From an uncultured bacterium (lineage in GTDB: Bacteria > Planctomycetota > UBA1135 > GCA-002686595), in assembly GCA_943787795.1 (NCBI GenBank), contig CALSNU010000003.1:64001-128000 (forward strand): DNA of 64,000 nt. Direction: 5' to 3'. The translations under genes and the position numbers were made by a program. Below, in pieces: positions 18,857 through 28,921 of this stretch. Below the pieces are notes generated by a model that searched no databases, was not told the origin of the DNA, and saw only the letters and a program-made list of their open reading frames with translations. Positions within the stretch are counted from its first letter, which is position 1. Each line of letters begins with the position of its first letter.

Positions 18857-19288
18857 ATGACCACCACACACGTACGACGCGACGACGTCGAGGAGCGCTG
18901 GCTCCTCTTTGACGCCACCGAGAACAACCTTGGCCGCATGGCAGCCAAGATCGCCACCGTCCTTCAAGGGAAGGACCGTCCGACCTGGACCCCGAGCGAG
19001 CGCACGGGTGCCCACGTTGTGGTGATCAACGGTGCGAGCCCGAAGCTCTCCGGCTCCAAGGGCACCGAAAAGATCTACCGGCACTACTCGGGGTACCCCG
19101 ATGGACAGAAGCACGTCGCGATCGAGAAGGTCGCCGAGCGTCGTGCGGCTGACATCGTCACCCTCGCCGTGCGCCGGATGCTCCCGAAGACCCGCCTGGG
19201 CCGGGACCTCCTCCGTAACCTCAAGGTCTACGCTGGCGAAGAGCACCCGCACGGGGCTCAGCAGCCGGTGAAGGTCGACACCCTCTGA
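18857..19288 (+). CDS. rplM: 50S ribosomal protein L13
   Basis: W.L.DA....LGR.A..IA..L.GK..P..TP...G..VVVIN, HSGYP.G, AV..MLPK..LGR, L.VY.G..HPH.AQ.P. Confidence 0.98.
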   Translation: MTTTHVRRDDVEERWLLFDATENNLGRMAAKIATVLQGKDRPTWTPSERTGAHVVVINGASPKLSGSKGTEKIYRHYSGYPDGQKHVAIEKVAERRAADIVTLAVRRMLPKTRLGRDLLRNLKVYAGEEHPHGAQQPVKVDTL

Positions 19289-19306
19289 TCCAAGGACCAG
19301 ATTCCA

Positions 19307-19705
19307 ATGGCAGTCAACAATCCCTGGACCTGGGGCCTCGGTCGCCGCAAGACCGCAATCGCCCGCGTCCGTCTCAAGCCCGGTGCCGGTGGCTTTGTCG
19401 TCAACGGCAAGCCGATGGACCAGTACTTCGTCACCACCCAGTCGCGTCAGCGTGCAGGTCAACCCCTGGCCGCCACGGGCTCGGCGGGTCAGTACGACGT
19501 CTTCTGCAACGTGAACGGCGGCGGCCCCACGGGACAGAGCGAGGCCGTCTCGCTCGGCATCGCCCGCGCGCTGAAGACCATCAACCCGGCGTCCTTCGAC
19601 GCTCTGCGTGAGGAGGGTCTGCTGACCCGCGACTCGCGCATGAAGGAGCGGAAGAAGTACGGTCGTCGCGGCGCCCGTCGCGGCTTCCAGTTCTCGAAGC
19701 GCTGA
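19307..19705 (+). CDS. rpsI: 30S ribosomal protein S9
   Basis: GRRKTAIARV, V.GGG.TGQ..A...GIARAL, LLTRD.R..ERKKYG...AR...QFSKR. Confidence 0.98.
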   Translation: MAVNNPWTWGLGRRKTAIARVRLKPGAGGFVVNGKPMDQYFVTTQSRQRAGQPLAATGSAGQYDVFCNVNGGGPTGQSEAVSLGIARALKTINPASFDALREEGLLTRDSRMKERKKYGRRGARRGFQFSKR

Positions 19706-19740
19706 TCTGCGTCGCGTCCCGCTGGACGCTCCGCCTCCCC

Positions 19741-19798
19741 ACGCCCGCCCCTGCGCGAGCTCTGGCCTTCGGGTTGGGCTTCCCGCGGAGGCGGGCGT
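19741..19798 (+). terminator. Long hairpin with cUUCGg loop after rpsI
   Basis: ACGCCCGCC...GGCC-TTCG-GGTT...GGCGGGCGT, followed shortly by TTTT. Confidence 0.5.
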
Positions 19799-19902
19799 GA
19801 CCGTTTTGATCCCATCGGGAGTGCTGCACTCCTCTCCCGCTATCATCTGGGGACCTGGCGCACCGGCGCCAGTCTCCCTCCGACCCCAATCCTCTCCGAG
19901 CG

Positions 19903-20688
19903 ATGGCAGGCCACTCTCACGCATCGAACGTCAAGCACCGCAAGAACGCGGTGGACGCCAAGCGAGCCAAGATCTTCAGCAAGCTGGCCCGGAACATCAT
20001 CTCGGCGGTTCGCCAGGGCGGTGCCGAGGCGGACACGAACATCAAGCTGAAGTACGCGGTGGAGAAGGCGCGGGCAGCCAACATGCCCAAGGACAACATC
20101 CTGCGCGCGATCAAGCGTGGGGCGGGGTCCAAGGACGGCGACGATTTCGAGGAGCTCATGTACGAGGGGTACGCCCCCGGGGGCGTCGCGCTCCTGATCT
20201 CGTGCCTGACCGACAACCGCAATCGCACCGCTCCGGACGTCAAGTTCGCGCTCGAGCGCGGTGGCGGCAACATGGGCACCAGCGGGTCGGTGTCGTTCAT
20301 GTTCGACTTCCGGTCCATCTTCGTGGTGGACATGACCGGAGAGCAGGCGGCGGACGACTTCGACGGCAAGGCGCTGGACGAGGAGGGGCTCATGGAGGTC
20401 GCCCTCGAGGGAGGCGCGGATGACGTGCTCGTCGAGGGCGACGTGGCCACGGTGTTCGCCGGCGCGACCGACTTCCTCGACGCGAAGACCGCCCTCGAGG
20501 CCGGGGGCGCCGTGCTCCTCTCGGCGGAGACGGGATACGTCCCTCAGAACACGATCGAGGTGGCCTCGAAGTCGGACGCCGAGAAGATCCTGAAGCTCAT
20601 CGACCGCCTCGAGGACAACGAGGACGTCCAGAACGTCTACGCGAACTACGACATCCCGGAAGAGTGGATGGAAGAGCTCGCCGGTTGA
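19903..20688 (+). CDS. yebC: YebC/PmpR family protein
   Basis: MAGHS...N.KHRK...DAKR.K.F.KL, NMPKDNI.RAI, YEGYAPGG, TDN.NRT, GSV.F.F, LE..EDVQNVY.N. Confidence 0.95.
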   Translation: MAGHSHASNVKHRKNAVDAKRAKIFSKLARNIISAVRQGGAEADTNIKLKYAVEKARAANMPKDNILRAIKRGAGSKDGDDFEELMYEGYAPGGVALLISCLTDNRNRTAPDVKFALERGGGNMGTSGSVSFMFDFRSIFVVDMTGEQAADDFDGKALDEEGLMEVALEGGADDVLVEGDVATVFAGATDFLDAKTALEAGGAVLLSAETGYVPQNTIEVASKSDAEKILKLIDRLEDNEDVQNVYANYDIPEEWMEELAG

Positions 20689-21264
20689 GCTGCTCGTTCG
20701 GCTCGCCAGCCGGGGCCGTCTGTGGCCCGTCTGTGGCCTCGGCGTGCTGACCCGTTGAGCTGAGCTGGCTGTCGGGCTGGGCTCATCGTCGGGCTGAGCC
20801 CACCGTTTGGCCGAGCTCAAAGATGGGCCGAGCTCACAGGCGAGGTGCTCCCGCTGGGCTCTTCGGGAGGGCCTGCCGGGCGGGGAGGGCCAGCCCGCGA
20901 TGCTCGCCCGGGATGCCGGTGGTCGCAGAGGAGAGGGCGCCATCGTCTGCGCTGGGTGCCGTCGCACCGTCTTGGATCCGGAGGTACCTGACCCGAAGGG
21001 CCCGATCAGAGAGCCCGGCTCCGCGGGCGCGGCGCCGATCACCCCGCGCCCAAAGCCCGGCGCCGAAAGCCCCCGCTGAAAGGGCCGACCTCCGGGCCGA
21101 CCTCCGGCCCGCGGGATGGGCCCATGGGCACGGTCCCGGATTCAGCCCCGTGCCGTTTGAATCCGAGGGGTCAGATCTGCACCCTCGTCCAAGAGCGGGC
21201 ACCGGCCCCGCAACGAGACCCCAGATCGCCCCTTCGAAAGGGGGGCCCTGCCACGACATCTCCC

Positions 21265-22272
21265 ATGGGCGACGGCCTCCGTTCCATTCGAATCGCGACC
21301 CACGATGACTCCGTGCTGGCCTCGGCCAGGGCGGCCATCGAGTCCTCCTCACTGAGGGACGACGCCCTCGCTGGGTGGAGTGTTGCCCACGTGGAGAACT
21401 GGAGGGAGCTCATCGAGGCGCCCCCGGCTCCGGGGGACGTGGTCATCGTCGACGCCTGGATGCGGACGACGGGGCCGGACGACCGCAACGTCTACGAGGT
21501 CCTGCGCCAGCTGTCGGGTCGGACGCGCTGCCGTACGTTCCTGCTCGTCGATCAGAACAACGCCGAGGCGCAGTCCATCGCGCGCTTCTGCGGCGCGACC
21601 GGATCGCTCTCGCGGCCCATCAGCGCGAGCAAGCTGACGTCGCTCCTGGGCCTCAACGGCGGGCCGCGTCCGATGCTGCCCGCCCAGGACCGGGGGGCCA
21701 CGCGAGAGGACCAGCTCCCCGAGGCGCTGCTGGAGACCCTCGTCACCGGCGCGGCCTTCTCGAACACTGCGCCGCCCCAGCGAGAGACCCGAGACGACGC
21801 CCTGCTCAAGGCGGTCATCGACCCCGTGACGGGCCTCTTCAACTTCTCCTTCCTCTCCTACAAGCTCGACGAGGAATTCAAGCGCGCCCGACGTTTCCAC
21901 GCGCCGCTGGCCTGCGCCATGCTCGGCTTCGAGAGCCAGGCCTCCGACGACGTCCTGCGCGAGCTGGCCGCGATCTTCCTCGACGCCTCCCGCGACACCG
22001 ATGTGCTGGGGCGCTTCGACGAGAACTCCTTCCTCTTCCTCCTCCCGAACACGGGACCGGACGGTGCGGAGATCATGGCGCGACGCGTGGCGGACAGCGC
22101 CGATGAGCGCCGCTTGCTCGACCTGGTGGGCGACCGCATCGACATCGCCATCGGGATCGGGAACTACCCGAGCCCTGACATCGACCAGCGCGAGGACCTC
22201 TACGGCGCAGCCCGCGAGGCGTTCCTTGAGGCGCGCGAGGCGGGCGGTGGCATCGTCGTCTCCGCGCTCTGA
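21265..22272 (+). CDS. Receiver-like domain plus degenerate GGDEF domain protein
   Basis: DPVTGLFN...L.EEF.RARR...PL; RDTD (RxxD I-site) then LGRFDENSFLFLLP where GGDEF is expected; N-terminal DVVIVD receiver-like segment. Confidence 0.8.
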   Translation: MGDGLRSIRIATHDDSVLASARAAIESSSLRDDALAGWSVAHVENWRELIEAPPAPGDVVIVDAWMRTTGPDDRNVYEVLRQLSGRTRCRTFLLVDQNNAEAQSIARFCGATGSLSRPISASKLTSLLGLNGGPRPMLPAQDRGATREDQLPEALLETLVTGAAFSNTAPPQRETRDDALLKAVIDPVTGLFNFSFLSYKLDEEFKRARRFHAPLACAMLGFESQASDDVLRELAAIFLDASRDTDVLGRFDENSFLFLLPNTGPDGAEIMARRVADSADERRLLDLVGDRIDIAIGIGNYPSPDIDQREDLYGAAREAFLEAREAGGGIVVSAL

Positions 22273-22295
22273 GCTCCGCGCTCTGGGATCACCCC

Positions 22296-22365
22296 GCTGA
22301 GTCACTGCTGCTGAGTGACTGCCGCTGAGTCACTGCTGCTGAGTGACTCCCGCTGAGTGGCTCCA
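22296..22365. repeat. 14-bp tandem repeat (5 copies)
   Basis: GCTGAGT(C/G)ACTGCT consensus; AGTCACT and AGTGACT alternate. Confidence 0.85.
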
Positions 22366-22685
22366 GTAGAGGAGGTTGCGCTGAGCGCAGGCCGCCTCGA
22401 TGAGGGGGCTAGCGTGAGGCACGCCGGGAGGTGGGGCTCCCGCAGTCTCGGCTTCGAGGCGGCGAGCCTCGGCGCTGCTCCATCCTCGGGCCGACGCGCC
22501 GCTCCCGCGGCCCGAAGCTCCTGAGGTTAGGGCACGGCCACAGAGCTCCGGTCCCCGAGCGGGTGCCGCAGCCATGATCCCGTACTCGAATTGGGCCGGG
22601 AGACGGCCGAGGAGGCGGGACTTCCGGCCGGCGCGTGCTTGCGCGTCGCGTTCGGGCTCCTTCCCCGCTAGCCTCGTCTCCTGAC

Positions 22686-24083
22686 ATGGATTGGGAGGCG
22701 TTCTACAACTCGTTCCGGCGGCCGGACTTTGTCCCGGGCTACGAGATCGAGAACCGCCTCGGCGGGGGCGCCTTCGGGGATGTGTACAAGGCGCGGAAGA
22801 CCTCCATCGGGAAGGCGTATGCCATCAAGTTCCTGAAGGTGGACGACGACGATCAGCGCGCCGCCGTGGAGCGAGAACTCGACCTCGCCAGCAGCTTCGC
22901 GTCGATCGATCACCCCAACCTGGTCACGATCGAAGACCTGGGGTCGGTGATGGGGGTGCCGTACCTGATCATGGGCTACGCCGGGGAGGAGACCCTGGCG
23001 CGACGGCTGAAGGAGGGGCGGCCGACGATGGCAGAGGCGCTGCGCCATGTGACCCAGGCCGCGCGGGGCCTGGTCGCGCTGCATGAGCGCCAGATCGTTC
23101 ACTTCGACCTGAAGCCCAGCAACATCTTCATCCGCGGAGAGAACGCGCGCCTTGGGGATTACGGGCTCTCGAAGCTCCTCGAGGGCGGGCGCATGACGCT
23201 GACCTTCGGGCGGGGCACGCCGCTGTACATGGCGCCGGAGATGCTCGTGCAGCGGGCGGACCACCGGGCGGACCTCTACAGCCTCGGCGTCATCCTCTAC
23301 GAGTCCCTGGTGGGACGAGTGCCGTTCCCGGGCAGCGCCGGCGGCGCGTTCGTGGTCCGCGACCACGACGACCCCCCCGAGTTCCCCGAGGGCTTCCCGG
23401 CGGTCGCGCTAGAGGCCACGAGGGCCTGCTTGCGTCTCGACCCGGATGACCGGCCCGAGAGCGTGCGGGAGGTGCTCGGGATGCTCGGCCAATCCGCGCT
23501 GGCTGGAGACGAGATCTCCTTCGAGGTGCCCCGCCTGACGGTCGGAAGCGGCCCCTCGACGAGCCTCAAGCCGGAGGCTAGACCGCTCGTTCGCTCGCTC
23601 CTCGATGGCGGGTTCGAGGTCGACGATGGGGCCGCGGGATCCGGTGGCCAGGCGGCGGCTGGGTCAGGGGCGGGGCGCGGCCCAGCGAGCCGTGCCCGCG
23701 CGCTGGTCGCGGAGCTGGCGGCCGAGTCGAAGGGCGTCGCCGGGGCGGAGGAGGACGCGCTCAAGGAGACCTCCGCGGTCTCTGTCCCCGCCGTGATCCC
23801 CGTCCCTCCGCGCGTGAGTGGTGGACTCGCGGGCACGCTCGCCGAGACCAATCGCGTCGCCTTTGACGTCTTTGTGGGCTCGGTTGTGGCCGTCATGCGG
23901 GGTGTGCTGGCGGGCTACCGCTCTGTCTCCGACCAGCTCGTCCGGAGCCGGCAGGGCGGCTGGTTGGGAAGGACGTCTCGCTTTGCCCTCTTCCTCCTCC
24001 TGATGGCGACCATCGGGTTCGGAGCCACGCTACTCGGCCTGCTGGGGATCAACGCGGTGGAGCAGCTGGGGTGGGGGTCATGA
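22686..24083 (+). CDS. Hanks-type Ser/Thr protein kinase with C-terminal TM helix
   Basis: LGGGAFGDVY, AIKFL, HPNLV, HFDLKPSN, DYGLS, GTPLYMAPE, DLYSLGVILYE. Confidence 0.95.
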   Translation: MDWEAFYNSFRRPDFVPGYEIENRLGGGAFGDVYKARKTSIGKAYAIKFLKVDDDDQRAAVERELDLASSFASIDHPNLVTIEDLGSVMGVPYLIMGYAGEETLARRLKEGRPTMAEALRHVTQAARGLVALHERQIVHFDLKPSNIFIRGENARLGDYGLSKLLEGGRMTLTFGRGTPLYMAPEMLVQRADHRADLYSLGVILYESLVGRVPFPGSAGGAFVVRDHDDPPEFPEGFPAVALEATRACLRLDPDDRPESVREVLGMLGQSALAGDEISFEVPRLTVGSGPSTSLKPEARPLVRSLLDGGFEVDDGAAGSGGQAAAGSGAGRGPASRARALVAELAAESKGVAGAEEDALKETSAVSVPAVIPVPPRVSGGLAGTLAETNRVAFDVFVGSVVAVMRGVLAGYRSVSDQLVRSRQGGWLGRTSRFALFLLLMATIGFGATLLGLLGINAVEQLGWGS

Positions 24084-24991
24084 CCGACGCGGACTGGGGC
24101 CCTGACTCCGCGCGGCTCGCCGCCTTCGACGAGGGGGAATGGGCTCGCGTCGAGGCCGCCTTCGCAGGGCGGCTGCTCTCCTATGTGTCCCGTCGCGTCG
24201 CTGACGTCGAGGCGCGGGAGGACATCGTGCAGGAGACGTTCCTCGGCGCGGTGCGGGGCATCGAGTCGTTCGACACCGCTTACAGCTTCGAGCAGTACCT
24301 CTTCGGGATCTGCCGGAATCGGACGATCGACCAGCTCCGGCGCCACGAGGTCCGGGGCCGGGGCGGCGAGGAGGACAGCGCCGCGGCGAGCCTCGATCTC
24401 GAGAGCCTCGCGACCGACGAGCAGACCCCCAGCCGGATCCTCCGGCGCACCGACCTCGCGGATCGCGGGCGGGACCTCCTGGCCGCGTCGCTTCAGGAGT
24501 GGGTCGAGCTGACCTGGTCTTCGGGGGAGATGACCCGGCTGATGGTCGTCGAGGGTCTGCTGCGCGGCGGCAAGCGGAACCGAGATCTCTGGGAGCCGCT
24601 CGGCCTCCGGGACGAGGTCTCGGTGGCGGGTATCAAGTTCCGTGCGCTGAAGAAGATCCGTGAGCTGCTCCTCGCCAAGGAGGGGGCCGAGGAGATCGGG
24701 GCCTCCCTCGACGGGCTGGCGGTGGAGGCTGACGCGCCCATGGACGTCCAGTCCGTATGGCGGGATCGGCGGGTGTCCTGCCCGTCGCGGCGCTGGATCG
24801 CGCGCTGGTTGGACGGGAGCCTGGAGCCTGGCCCGTCGCGCTTCATCGCCTTCCACATCGAGGAGCTGGGCTGCGAGTGGTGCGAGGCCAACCGCGATGA
24901 CCTCGTCGGTGCCCGCGAGCAGGGGCACGGTGAGGCCCTCGAGGCGGTCCAGGGGTCCTCGATCCGGTGGCTCCGGTCCCGCGCGAGGTGA
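24080..24991 (+). CDS. ECF sigma factor with C-terminal Cys/His (zinc-finger anti-sigma-like) extension
   Basis: EDIVQETF...F..YLF.I.RN..ID.LRR (region 2); tail SCPS....RWLDG.L......FHI....CEWC; ATGA overlap with kinase stop. Confidence 0.88.
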   Translation: MTDADWGPDSARLAAFDEGEWARVEAAFAGRLLSYVSRRVADVEAREDIVQETFLGAVRGIESFDTAYSFEQYLFGICRNRTIDQLRRHEVRGRGGEEDSAAASLDLESLATDEQTPSRILRRTDLADRGRDLLAASLQEWVELTWSSGEMTRLMVVEGLLRGGKRNRDLWEPLGLRDEVSVAGIKFRALKKIRELLLAKEGAEEIGASLDGLAVEADAPMDVQSVWRDRRVSCPSRRWIARWLDGSLEPGPSRFIAFHIEELGCEWCEANRDDLVGAREQGHGEALEAVQGSSIRWLRSRAR

Positions 24992-25051
24992 ACCGGATCG
25001 CCCGGGGCGGCCTCGGTCCCCTCATGACTCGGACCGGGTAGGCTTCGAGCC

Positions 25052-26149
25052 GTGTCCCTGCCCCTCCGCACGCTCTTTCAGCTCTTCTGCCTGACCGGCC
25101 TCCTGTGGGCGGTGGGGGCGCTGCCGATCCAATGCGGCGGGACCACCGTGGTGTTCCGGAGCGACCCGCAGTTTCTGTTCGACAACGTGCGCCACCTCTC
25201 GGGGCTCATGCGGGGCCGCGTCTCGCTCGACGCGGCGCCGGCGGTCGATGGCGCGGCGTGGGGCGCAGGGGGCGAGGCCGAGGCTCCCCGTCCGCTCGAC
25301 GGCCTGAGGGTCACGGTGCAGGCACAGTCCCACGATGGATCGCTCGCGATCCGCCGGGTGGCCGAGGTCAGCTCGACCGGGACCTTCGAGATCCTGGGCT
25401 TGCCTGAGGGGACCGGGTCGGTGGCGGTTCAGCTGGGCAGCGGCGCAGAGATCTGGCGCGCCGAGGGCGTGGTCTTCGGCGAAGACGTGCCCATCGATCC
25501 GCGACTGGACCCGATCCAGCTGGGCGCCAGCCTGCACTGGTTCGATCTGCGCATCTTCGACGATGAGGGCGCGCCGGCCACTGCCGGGCACCTCGTCTGG
25601 CGCGAGGCGGGTGCGGCGGAGGACGCAACGCGCGCCTTCACAGGGGACGCGGTCATCGAGCGGGGCCGCGCGATCTTTCCGGCGACCGGGCCCTGCCTCG
25701 ACGTGGTTCCCCTGGTGCCGGGAGCTGCGACCGAGCTCTTCGAGGGGCTCTTCGACGACGAGGAGATTCACCTCGGCCCAGGGGTGTTGGCCCTGTTCGA
25801 GTCCGTGGGGCCCATGCCCGACCCGGCGACCTGGAGCGTCCGGCTCTCGCTCCAGCCGAGGGAGCTCCGGCCGTCCATTGGCTACGACACGGAGGGGCCG
25901 TCCATCGGCGCCCTCGCCGGCCCCCAGGTCGTGGAGGTCAAGGACCGTGGGGCGGAGCTCGCGCTGGCCCGCGGAGGCGTGTACGCCGCGGCCTGGTGGC
26001 TCGCGCCCGTCGACCCTCGCCGGGCCATCACCCTTCGACTCGAGGGCAGCCCCGCCACGGTGGAGATCCCCTCCGAGCCAGGGCGCCATCCGGTCAAGCT
26101 GGACTTCCCGATGGAGGCGTTCCTCGAGCGGGAGGCGTCCAGCCGCTGA
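25052..26149 (+). CDS. Hypothetical exported beta-rich protein
   Basis: GTG start, N-terminal hydrophobic segment; L.GRV....G.FEILGLPEG resembles carboxypeptidase-regulatory-like repeats. Confidence 0.65.
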   Translation: MSLPLRTLFQLFCLTGLLWAVGALPIQCGGTTVVFRSDPQFLFDNVRHLSGLMRGRVSLDAAPAVDGAAWGAGGEAEAPRPLDGLRVTVQAQSHDGSLAIRRVAEVSSTGTFEILGLPEGTGSVAVQLGSGAEIWRAEGVVFGEDVPIDPRLDPIQLGASLHWFDLRIFDDEGAPATAGHLVWREAGAAEDATRAFTGDAVIERGRAIFPATGPCLDVVPLVPGAATELFEGLFDDEEIHLGPGVLALFESVGPMPDPATWSVRLSLQPRELRPSIGYDTEGPSIGALAGPQVVEVKDRGAELALARGGVYAAAWWLAPVDPRRAITLRLEGSPATVEIPSEPGRHPVKLDFPMEAFLEREASSR

Positions 26150-26152
26150 GCA

Positions 26153-26881
26153 TCACTCGATGGACTCGATGCCCGCGGGCAGCTCGTCCACGACCGTGAA
26201 GTCGTCGATCTTCCACTCCCAACCCGCGGCGACGAGGTGGATCGAGTCAGGGTCGGCGCCCTCCGCCCTCGCGCCGAACTCGTCGATGATGACGAAGAAG
26301 CGGTCGCCCTCCTCGTCGAACCAGAACAGCTGGGAGCGGAAGGGGTCCTCCACCTGATCTCCGAACTCGGGCTCCAGCGGGCTGTCCTCGACGGAGAGCT
26401 CCCAGAAGCCCTGCCGCCGGAGCGTGACCAGCAGGTACTGGTCGTTGACCCACAGCGGGCCGGGGACCCGCGCGACGAGCAGGGCCGAGCGCTCCTGGCG
26501 GTCCAGGAACTCAGGGGCGTCCGCGCGGTAGAGAGCCCAGCGGAGCTTGGGGACCTCGCTCAGCAGCTCGTCACGGGCCTCACCGTACTTGAGGAGGGTC
26601 ACGCCGTTCCTGGCCCTCCAGCGCCGGGAAAAGCACCGGTACTCTTCCACCAACAGGTCGCCCTGAACGGCCGTACGCCAGGACTCGAAGGCCTGCTTGG
26701 GGGTTCGAAATCCATATTCCAACCCCTGTTGAACGGTAGGGGGGGGAACCGTACAGGCTGTCGTGAGTCCAACCAACAGGAGCCCCAGGAGGGCCCTCCA
26801 GCCCCTGGAAAGGGGTTCGCTGACCCATCGAGAGACCTCACCCACGGCTCCCCGCCGGGGAGCTTGCCGCGGAGGCGACAT
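26153..26881 (-). CDS. Hypothetical lipoprotein; start uncertain
   Basis: ALLGLLLVGLTTAC lipobox-like segment; ends WEWKIDDF..V; coding-like codon usage. Confidence 0.65.
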   Translation of the reverse strand: MSPPRQAPRRGAVGEVSRWVSEPLSRGWRALLGLLLVGLTTACTVPPPTVQQGLEYGFRTPKQAFESWRTAVQGDLLVEEYRCFSRRWRARNGVTLLKYGEARDELLSEVPKLRWALYRADAPEFLDRQERSALLVARVPGPLWVNDQYLLVTLRRQGFWELSVEDSPLEPEFGDQVEDPFRSQLFWFDEEGDRFFVIIDEFGARAEGADPDSIHLVAAGWEWKIDDFTVVDELPAGIESIE

Positions 26882-27079
26882 TTCGCCGCCCCCCGATTCC
26901 TGATGCATCCGATTCATACCCGCCTGTGACTCCTGGTCCCGACCTGCCGATAACGAACGGGGGTTGACCCCCTGACACCCCTTGTAGCGATCCCGGGACC
27001 GACGGAACCTCAAAAAAGACCCGCTCCCCGTCGGTACTGCTGGCAATCTTCTAGCGCCCGAATCTCACTCGTAGAACCC

Positions 27080-28762
27080 ATGCTCGATCACGCACCCCTC
27101 AGCGCCGACGTTCGCCGCTCGAACCTCCGGACCGCCGCACGATTCTTGACCCTCGCCTCGCTGGGCCTCGCGCTCAATCTTTGGGCCGCTCCAGCCGCCC
27201 AGGCGGCGCCCCAGGACGACGCCTCGGCTCAGATACAGCAGGCCCAGGAAAAGGCCTCGGCGGAGAAGAAGGCGGCCAAGGGCCAGGACGCCCCGCAGAA
27301 GGGCGCCGCCCCGCAGAAGAGCGCCCCGGTCAAGCGAAGCCGACTCTCGGGTCGCGGTGCGCCGCCGAAGCCAGCCTCCATCCCGGGTCCCTCCCGGAGC
27401 ACCCGCGGCGGCATCGTCGCGCCCGTGGCGGTCCCCGCCAACGGAGCGAAGAAGGGTTCAGGGATGGACCTCAGCGAGAAGGCCGCCAAGTCGGGCGGAG
27501 GGATCCCGGCTCCGCTGCCGACTGCCGCGGGGATGACGCCCGAGCAGCTGGACCAAAAGGCCAAGTACGAGGCCAAGTTGAAGCAAGCGCAGGGCAAGAA
27601 GCCTGCCGCTGCGCCGCGCCCCCCGCGGAATCCGAACGCCAAGCTGGAGATCCCCTTCGGCATGGAGAAGCACGACTTCGGTCGCGCGCGGCAGGGTGAC
27701 CTGCTGATCCACACCTTCAAGCTCAAGAGCAACGGCGCCGAGCCGGTGGTCATCTCCCAGGCCAGCCCGACCTGCGGCTGCACGCTGGGGGAGGTCAAGG
27801 TCCTCGCCGAGGGTGAGGAGGTCCCCGCGCTCTACACCTTCGGTGATGCCATCGAGCCCGGCTCGGAGGTCCAAATCAGCGCGACGCTCGACACCAAGAG
27901 CAAGAAGAACAAGACCAACGTCCGGATCAACGTCTACTCGAACGACGGGAAGACCGGGGTCACCATGCTCTCCCTCGCGGCGAACGTGGAGCCGTTCCTG
28001 GTGGCCTCGCCGCCGTTCCTTCAGTTTGGCCAGATCCGCGAGGGCACCGAGCGGACCGGAACGATCGACTTCCGGACGTCGACCGGGGACCGCATCATGC
28101 TCTCCCAGGACCCGACCCGGCCGATCCCGCTCCCCGCGGGACTGTCCATGGACTTCGCCCCGGTCAATGCGGACGACTCGGGCAAGGCCAGCGTCTGGCG
28201 CGCCACCTTCACCGTCGCGAAGGACTCGCCAGAGGGCGGGAAGAGCTACGCCGTGCGCCTCAACAGCGACGTCGAGCTGCCCAAGAATCCCGGCCTGCCG
28301 GACAAGGCGGCCGGAAAGGCCGGGGCGCCGACCGTCTACCAGGTCACCGCCAACGTCAACTACACGATCCTCGGCGCCATCTCGCTCCAGACGCAGTACC
28401 TGTCCCTCGGCCTCGTCCGGCCGGACCAGCCGGTGGTCCGCAACGTGCGCCTGACCTGCCACGAGGCTGACTTCGACCTGTCCAACGTCAAGGCGACGCT
28501 GACGGGCGAGGGGAATCAACCCCTCCAGTGGGCGGACCGCTTCAAGGTCAGCGTCAAGCCGGTCAGCGGGAGCAACGCGGTCGACATCGAGCTGCGGCTC
28601 AACGGGCTCCCGGCGGACGCTGACGGCTCCTTCCGGGGCCGCATCGCGATCGAGACCGGGCACCCGACCAAGCCCTCCGAGTTCGTGCGCTTCTCCGGGG
28701 TCTGTCGCAAGACGGCTCGCAACGTCGCGCGTCCCGTACCGAGCGGAAAGAAGGGGGGCTGA
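27080..28762 (+). CDS. Secreted DUF1573 (Ig-like) domain protein
   Basis: Signal peptide, Lys/Pro/Ala-rich linker, HDFG...G....H.F.L...G.EPV.I....P.CGCT motif, further Ig-like segments. Confidence 0.85.
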   Translation: MLDHAPLSADVRRSNLRTAARFLTLASLGLALNLWAAPAAQAAPQDDASAQIQQAQEKASAEKKAAKGQDAPQKGAAPQKSAPVKRSRLSGRGAPPKPASIPGPSRSTRGGIVAPVAVPANGAKKGSGMDLSEKAAKSGGGIPAPLPTAAGMTPEQLDQKAKYEAKLKQAQGKKPAAAPRPPRNPNAKLEIPFGMEKHDFGRARQGDLLIHTFKLKSNGAEPVVISQASPTCGCTLGEVKVLAEGEEVPALYTFGDAIEPGSEVQISATLDTKSKKNKTNVRINVYSNDGKTGVTMLSLAANVEPFLVASPPFLQFGQIREGTERTGTIDFRTSTGDRIMLSQDPTRPIPLPAGLSMDFAPVNADDSGKASVWRATFTVAKDSPEGGKSYAVRLNSDVELPKNPGLPDKAAGKAGAPTVYQVTANVNYTILGAISLQTQYLSLGLVRPDQPVVRNVRLTCHEADFDLSNVKATLTGEGNQPLQWADRFKVSVKPVSGSNAVDIELRLNGLPADADGSFRGRIAIETGHPTKPSEFVRFSGVCRKTARNVARPVPSGKKGG

Positions 28763-28921
28763 CCCCAGGCCGGGAGCCGGCTCACAACAGGTCCTCGAGG
28801 GCGGACACGTTTCCGGCTCTCGGGCGGTACCATCAGGGGCCGCGGGGGATATTCCCCGCGGCCCCTCTCCTGTTCCACCGCGCCATCGCGCGCCACCCCT
28901 CCCCTCAACCGCAGACCCTCC

